Assembly: GCA_044339945.1 (NCBI GenBank)
Contig: JBIIUN010000003.1
Location: forward strand, 1 to 39,900
DNA length: 39,900 bases
Source of the DNA: Candidatus Kapaibacterium sp.
GTDB lineage: Bacteria; Verrucomicrobiota; Verrucomicrobiia; Limisphaerales; UBA9464
Direction: 5' to 3'
Shown: piece after piece, positions 36,301-39,900 of the stretch
Position numbering within the stretch: the first letter of the stretch is position 1
How the letters are laid out: every line of letters begins with the position of its first letter
Notes under the pieces: generated by a model
Told to the model about the DNA's origin: nothing
Seen by the model: only the letters and a program-made list of their open reading frames with translations
Databases searched by the model: none
Translations under genes and position numbers: made by a program

Positions 36301-38424
36301 TACTACACTCTCGACGGCACCGATCCCAGGTCTCCGGGCGGCGCCGTCCGTGGCTCGGCCCGCATTGCCGGCGCGGAGCCGATCCAGATCTCCGCCAATG
36401 CCCGGTTGATCGCCCGGGTAAACAACGGCAGCCACACTGCCCGGACCGGAGCCGGAGATCCCCCGCTGGTCTCCAGGTGGTCGGGGGTCACGGCGAGGAC
36501 CTATTTCAACGTGGTGCCGCCCCTCCTGCTGAGCGAGATCATGTTCCATCCGGCCGATGCCCCCGCCGGCTCCACCAACACGGATTCGGATTTTGAGTTC
36601 ATCGAGCTGAAGAACACTTCGGCCGCCCCGTTGAACCTGATTGGGTTTACGCTTGGCGGAGGGATCAGCTACGCGTTCACCGCGACCAGCGGGGTCACAT
36701 CCGTTGCTCCCGGCGGCAGGGTTCTGGTGGTTCGAAATCGGGCCGCGTTCCTGTCCCGGTATCCGGGCGCGTCGGGCATTGCGGGCGAGTTCACCGGGGC
36801 GCTTGCAAATGAGGGCGACCGGCTTGTGCTTCGCGGCCCGCTTCAGGAGCCGATCATCGATTTCGCGTTTGGCGATTCCTGGGCACCATTGGCTGACGGC
36901 GTGGGCTTCTCGTTGGTCCTCCGGGATGAGTCGATTGCCGCCGCGGAACTAGGAAATGCCAACGTGTGGCGCCAAAGTGCCCGGCCGGGCGGTTCGCCGG
37001 GCACTGTGGACTCGGAGCCCGCGGTTGTGGCGCCCGTCTTGGTCAATGAGGCACTCACCCACACGGATCCGCCACTGTTGGACGCCATCGAACTCTACAA
37101 TCCCGGCCTCGCGGCGGTGGACGTCGGCGGCTGGTGGCTTTCCGACGATTTTCGGACCCCGGGAAAGTTCCGCATCCCGGCCGGAACGACGGTGCCGCCA
37201 GGTGGTTATTGGACCGTGGACGAGTCAGCATTTCGCGTTGGCACGAATGGATTCTCATTCAGCGCGTTGGGAGATGAAGTGCATCTTTTCAGTGCTGATG
37301 CCGCCGGGACCCTGACTGGGTGGCATCACGGCTTCGAGTTCGGCGCGTCTTTCAATGGTGTCAGCTTTGGCCGCCACGAAACCAGCGATGGCGTCGAGCA
37401 CTTCGTCCCGCAGGCGGCTCGGACGCTTGGCGCGACGAACGCGGGGCCCGTGGTTGGTCCCTTGGTCATAACCGAAATCTACGGCGAACCGCCCCCCATC
37501 GCGGGCTTCAACAACACGGCGGACGAATTCGTGGAGATTCGGAATGTGACAGGAACCCCGCTCAGCCTGTTTGACCCCAAGCACGCGACCAACCGTTGGC
37601 GTTTGCGCGGAGGACTCGAATTCACCTTCCCCGCGGGAACCACCTTGCCACCCGGAGGTTTTGTGCTGCTTGTCAGTTTCGATCCTTCTTGGCCGACCAA
37701 TCCCGAGGCCGCGTTCCGGACCGCCTTTGGCGTCCCGGCGGAAGTCCCAATCTTTGGGCCTTGGGGTGGCGTGCTCAACAACTCCGGCGAAAACCTCGAT
37801 CTGAATCAACCGGACGAGCCGCTGGAGGCGCCACCGGCAATGGCAGGTGAAGTGCCGTATGTGAACGCGGAGCGGATAAACTACTTGGCCGTCAATCCTT
37901 GGCCAACCGGAGCATCCGGCCTGGGGGCATCGCTCCAACGCGTGAGAAGCCTCCGTTTTGGAAACGAACCTGCGAACTGGATGGCCGCCGCACCGACTGC
38001 CGGTCGGCAAAACAATCCGGAGGATTCCCTGGCCACTGGGGATGGCGACGGTGACGGTTTGCCGGACGAATGGGAGACTCGTTATGGGCTCGATGCTGGG
38101 TCGAACCAAGGCGACGACGGCGCTGCCGGCGATCCCGATGGCGATACACAGAGCAACCACAGCGAGTATGTCGCAGGCACCAACCCCAAAGCCGCAACGA
38201 GCGTCTTCCGAGTGGTTGCAAACAGACTGGAAACCGGAGTGCGGGTTGCGTTTTCAGCTACGGCAGGTCGTAGCTACACAGTCTGGTGGAGGGACACCCT
38301 TCAGGATGGGGATTGGAAAGTGCTGACGAATTTCGGCCCGCAAAACACCAACGGGGAACTAAGCGCCACCGACATAAGCGGGACTTTCCCCAGATTCTTC
38401 AGAGTAACTGTCTCGCTTCCGTAA
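33355..38424 (+). CDS. Secreted CotH-family kinase with four lamin-tail domains, Fn3/chitobiase-like modules, TSP3-like motifs and a C-terminal FYR-type domain
   Basis: Signal peptide. LTD motifs ISEFLADN..DWIEL, LSEIMFHP..EFIEL, VNEALTH..DAIEL and ITEIYGEP..EFVEI. YTLDG.P occurs twice. CotH motifs RGSS, DWVL, Y.GIY...E.I and WDFD. Ends RFFRVTVSLP. Confidence 0.9.
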   Translation: MNRIYRWLFAVLLAGAGFEVALVGQELFPAGSEWRYVKGTQPASRPDFTSWRGPSFDDTGWAVGRAAFYYGDPFTGTELTDMQNSYSTVFLRRQFTVANPADIKTLILRAACDDGFICWINGREAMRFNMPAGEVAFDGFASSAVNPDPAVFNDYPIANAQTLLSKGVNHIAIQLVNTTLGSSDIVWDASLNFEGDFDAPVIASQSPGAGAAVRELFSVEVIFSEGVKGVDAADLLVNGRAATNVIEITPGQFVFSFPKAANGAVTVAFRAGHGITDLAGTPHPFAGASWGYTVDPTLPTPGLLISEFLADNDGVNRDEDGDESDWIELFNSSAQSVSLFGWSLTDDPANLTKWRFPNLTLPSGGRLLVFASEKNRTATTGRLHTNFKLSNGGEFLALVNPSGEVASGFAPVYPPQRKNVSYGRANGAPNVVGYFATPTPGTANSSNGAGFAPELTFSVKGGTYQRDFALAVALKSPNPAAVIRYTLDGSLPTEASPVYGSAIAISGSVIVRGRAFAPGLLPGEPRTEMYLKLEGTAPTFASDLPVMILHNFGKARPPADGQQTAYLQVYEPVNGVTTLTNPPTVRSKVGIGARGSSTLGYSKVSLNLETRDEFEADDDRELLGMPADSDWVLYAPNNFEPILIHNPFAHQLSRDIGRYSSRTRFVELFLITDRVGTVRYPGTYAGIYVLEERIRRSPDRVAVDRLEPEHSRPPQVTGGYLLKVDRTGPGEVGFFAANQGMAFVEPSESEMFLPERAAQRQYLQNHFDAFGTALYGSNWRNPTTGYRAYIDVEAWIDYHLINTLTFNVDALRLSAYLYKPRNGKITFGPHWDFDRALYSTDGRDFNPRIWSSANGSGTDFFNETTQAWWGRLFQDPDFFQQWIDRYQDLRAAEFSTTNLHRLVDQLTGEVRKAQPREQSKWGGSAPPRNGFQGEINSLKFWLSNRVSFMDSQFVFRPTNSTPGGRFTNSLSVRLTGPAGGTIYYTLDGTDPRSPGGAVRGSARIAGAEPIQISANARLIARVNNGSHTARTGAGDPPLVSRWSGVTARTYFNVVPPLLLSEIMFHPADAPAGSTNTDSDFEFIELKNTSAAPLNLIGFTLGGGISYAFTATSGVTSVAPGGRVLVVRNRAAFLSRYPGASGIAGEFTGALANEGDRLVLRGPLQEPIIDFAFGDSWAPLADGVGFSLVLRDESIAAAELGNANVWRQSARPGGSPGTVDSEPAVVAPVLVNEALTHTDPPLLDAIELYNPGLAAVDVGGWWLSDDFRTPGKFRIPAGTTVPPGGYWTVDESAFRVGTNGFSFSALGDEVHLFSADAAGTLTGWHHGFEFGASFNGVSFGRHETSDGVEHFVPQAARTLGATNAGPVVGPLVITEIYGEPPPIAGFNNTADEFVEIRNVTGTPLSLFDPKHATNRWRLRGGLEFTFPAGTTLPPGGFVLLVSFDPSWPTNPEAAFRTAFGVPAEVPIFGPWGGVLNNSGENLDLNQPDEPLEAPPAMAGEVPYVNAERINYLAVNPWPTGASGLGASLQRVRSLRFGNEPANWMAAAPTAGRQNNPEDSLATGDGDGDGLPDEWETRYGLDAGSNQGDDGAAGDPDGDTQSNHSEYVAGTNPKAATSVFRVVANRLETGVRVAFSATAGRSYTVWWRDTLQDGDWKVLTNFGPQNTNGELSATDISGTFPRFFRVTVSLP

Positions 38425-38599
38425 GGCCCTTGAATGCAAGTGCTAACCTGATCTGCGATTCGAATTTTCCGAATGGAGACCGGCCCGGTCTCGGTTCGAG
38501 TTCGACTCTCTGGAAGCTTTGGCGGCTTGCCGCAGACTGATTGACCCGCTGCCGACGTGAGGCCGTGGTTACGGGTGAAGAATTATTCCAAAAAACGTA

Positions 38600-38627
38600 T
38601 TGCACCGTGGGTTGGAGTCGGTAAGTT
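38600..38627 (+). promoter_or_regulatory. Candidate str-operon promoter
   Basis: TTGCAC-N16-TAAGTT preceded by an A-tract, about 46 nt upstream of rpsL. Confidence 0.4.
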
Positions 38628-38673
38628 CTGCGCTCCCGTTACTCGCAAACGGCAACTTGATTCCATTGGTTCC

Positions 38674-39066
38674 ATGCCGACAATTAATCAGCTGATCCGC
38701 AAAGGGCGGAACAAGGTTACCTACAAGAGCAAGGCCCCGGCCTTGCAGTCTTCCCCGTTTCGCCGCGGTGTTTGCCTTCAGGTGATGACCCGCACACCGA
38801 AGAAGCCGAACTCTGCAATGCGAAAGGTTGCCAAGGTTCGTCTAACCAACGGATTTGAGGTCATTGCTTACATTCCAGATGAAGGTCACAACCTTCAGGA
38901 GCACTCAATTGTCTTGGTGCGTGGTGGTCGTGTGAAGGATTTGCCGGGTGTTCGTTACCACATTGTCCGTGGCACGTTGGACTGTGCGGGTGTTGAAAAA
39001 CGCCGCGTCAGTCGGTCAAAATATGGTGTGAAACGTCCCAAAGCTGCCAAGACTGCCGCGAAATAG
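38674..39066 (+). CDS. rpsL: 30S ribosomal protein S12
   Basis: ATG 38674 gives [12 protein letters not shown]; [33 protein letters not shown]. Confidence 0.99.
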   Translation: MPTINQLIRKGRNKVTYKSKAPALQSSPFRRGVCLQVMTRTPKKPNSAMRKVAKVRLTNGFEVIAYIPDEGHNLQEHSIVLVRGGRVKDLPGVRYHIVRGTLDCAGVEKRRVSRSKYGVKRPKAAKTAAK

Positions 39067-39101
39067 GCCTTAACAATTTCATCTCGTAATTAATCGTTCA
39101 T

Positions 39102-39575
39102 ATGGCTCGTCGTCGCCAAGCGGAAAAACGGACCACTCAACCTGATCCCCGGTTCAACAGCCCTCTCGTTGGGCGGTTGATCAACATAGTTATGCGCAGT
39201 GGAAAGAAGACCATTGCTCAGAAGATTGTTTACGGGGCAATGGATGTCCTTGCTGAAAAAAATCCCGGCGTAAACACATTGGATATCCTTCAGAGGTCAA
39301 TTGATAACGCGAAGCCTCGGATCGAAACCAAGGCTAGGCGCGTTGGTGGTGCGACGTATCAGGTGCCCATGGAAATTCCTGCAGAGCGCCAAGTTGCTCT
39401 GGCGATGCGGTGGTTGACAACATACGCCGATGCTCGGAAAGGAATCCCGATGCGCGAGGCATTGGCTGCGGAGCTTATGGACGCATTCATGGGGCAGGGT
39501 AATGCGATTCGCAAGCGTGATGATGTTCACAAAATGGCTCAGGCCAACAAGGCGTTCGCCCACTTCCGCTGGTAG
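39102..39575 (+). CDS. rpsG: 30S ribosomal protein S7
   Basis: MARRRQA, GKK..A..IVY, RRVGGATYQVP, ends AQANKAFAHFRW. Confidence 0.99.
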   Translation: MARRRQAEKRTTQPDPRFNSPLVGRLINIVMRSGKKTIAQKIVYGAMDVLAEKNPGVNTLDILQRSIDNAKPRIETKARRVGGATYQVPMEIPAERQVALAMRWLTTYADARKGIPMREALAAELMDAFMGQGNAIRKRDDVHKMAQANKAFAHFRW

Positions 39576-39598
39576 CACTCTGTATTGTAGCAACAAAC

Positions 39599-39627
39599 GC
39601 CCCGCGGCTTGTCCCGGGGCATTTTTC
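39599..39627 (+). terminator. Terminator/attenuator-like hairpin between rpsG and fusA
   Basis: GCCCCG-10 nt-CGGGGC followed by ATTTTT. Confidence 0.4.
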
Positions 39628-39654
39628 ATCTAAAGAACGCCCACTTTCTGACCT

Positions 39655-39900
39655 ATGATGAGCGATGCAGTAGGAATTAACGCCGCACTGAATTCACCAC
39701 AGCGGCAGTATCCTTTGGAGCGAACACGCAATATCGGGATTGCGGCTCACATCGACGCGGGAAAAACGACGACTACCGAGAGAATTCTTTTCTACACGGG
39801 CCTGATCCACAAGATCGGTGATGTTGATGATGGCAATACGGTGACCGACTGGATGGAGCAGGAGAAAGAGCGGGGAATCACCATTACCTCCGCGGCGGTT
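39655..39900 (+). CDS. fusA: Elongation factor G, N-terminal part (truncated by window end; absent from the ORF track)
   Basis: ATG 39655 gives MMSDAVG...[27 protein letters not shown]...[18 protein letters not shown] (G1 and G2 motifs); follows rpsG. Confidence 0.97.
   Translation, partial: MMSDAVGINAALNSPQRQYPLERTRNIGIAAHIDAGKTTTTERILFYTGLIHKIGDVDDGNTVTDWMEQEKERGITITSAAV

Noticed and set aside
38674-39066. Streptomycin-resistance allele of rpsL
   Set aside because: The key lysines in PKKPNS and RVKDLPG are wild type.
1-39900. tRNA, rRNA, integrase, transposase or prophage genes
   Set aside because: None recognisable by eye; intergenic gaps are short and lack tRNA-like T-loop/cloverleaf patterns. 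A covariance-model scan would be needed to exclude small ncRNAs.

Overview
High-GC bacterial chromosomal window (roughly 65-70% GC by eye). It is most likely from Verrucomicrobiota, an inference from the ECF-sigma/Ser-Thr kinase pair, the CotH/lamin-tail protein, and secreted proteins rich in Thr-Asn with FYR-type terminal domains. Housekeeping genes bracket the window: yidC (partial)-jag-topB on the left and rpsL-rpsG-fusA (partial) on the right. Two accessory systems stand out. (1) A minus-strand cluster, SDR - FadL-type fatty-acid porin - PhcB-like SAM methyltransferase - three receiver/kinase hybrids (4024-12995), looks like an expanded Ralstonia-type phc fatty-acid-methyl-ester quorum-sensing circuit with its own import and redox genes. 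(2) A plus-strand cluster (14835-29827) runs ECF sigma - Ser/Thr kinase-WD40 - LuxR HTH - ~2550-aa secreted protein - glycine-rich secreted protein - reprolysin/NHL protease. The giant protein carries an in-frame, low-GC, 12-cysteine internal cassette and a nested C-terminal array of nine ~21-aa repeats. Also present are a decayed VapBC locus, a signal-peptide protein resembling PD-(D/E)XK nucleases, a lactonase and a CotH/LTD protein. All family assignments come from motif recognition; no searches were run.
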